A stretch of DNA of 63,449 bases, the filler included, from Octopus bimaculoides (lineage: Eukaryota), in NCBI RefSeq assembly GCF_001194135.2. It is 7 parts of 6 records of this genome, joined end to end, with 100 filler letters (N's around TTAATTAATTAA, not from the genome) between each part and the next. Parts side by side here need not be neighbours in the genome. Positions count along the whole stretch, not along the records: positions 61,803 to 63,449 come from NW_026422541.1; 6 more parts are not named here. One strand, 5' to 3'. The position numbers were made by a program, and so were the translations under genes. Below the pieces are notes generated by a model that saw nothing but the letters and a program-made list of their open reading frames with translations, made no database searches and was not told the DNA's origin. Of the stretch, positions 63,157-63,449 are shown piece after piece. Each line of letters starts with the position of its first letter. The first letter of the stretch is position 1.

Positions 63157-63449
63157 TATTTTTCCTCCCAATTCCCAGTTTATATATTTTTATTGCTTTT
63201 GTTTTTATACTTTATTCCTTACATGCACTTCTACTGTTGTACTTATGTCCAGTGTTACCTTTGTTTAGCAAATTTAATCAACACACAAGCTACTCTTTTT
63301 GATACTCCAGTTGGTGATGTTCAAAAATTTTGCTTATAATATTATTCCAGAGGAAATGTTTCACATGAATTCTGCCAAAGATTTATAAAAAACAATCTGG
63401 TACATCTTTTTTGTATAATATTTTCTTTTAGTCTTTAAAACATGGTAGA

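Overview
AT-rich, microsatellite-saturated draft animal DNA. The SINE repertoire, TTAGGG repeats and KRAB-less C2H2 array point to an octopus or other coleoid cephalopod (inference). Six 100-bp spacers (44 N + TTAATTAATTAA + 44 N) show the window is seven sequence pieces joined artificially, so adjacency across them is unproven. Only one gene is clearly supported: a C2H2 zinc-finger array on the minus strand (61803-63156; 15 fingers plus a truncated 16th). The rest is mobile DNA: four tRNA-headed SINE groups, an RTE-type tail repeat, an internally deleted Helitron, mariner/Tc1/maT remnants, R4/Dong-like LINE ends stacked in (TAA)n, and several Penelope-like remnants. The most interesting signal is a set of minimal type-I hammerhead-ribozyme motifs, including an ORF-less tandem with a 442-nt hammerhead-to-hammerhead monomer (retrozyme-like). 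Also notable: several inverted-repeat pairs that could form long dsRNA, a mariner with two left ends, and a (TAACCC)7-TA-(GGGTTA)5 palindrome. A few candidate exons are low confidence. All alignments were done by eye.
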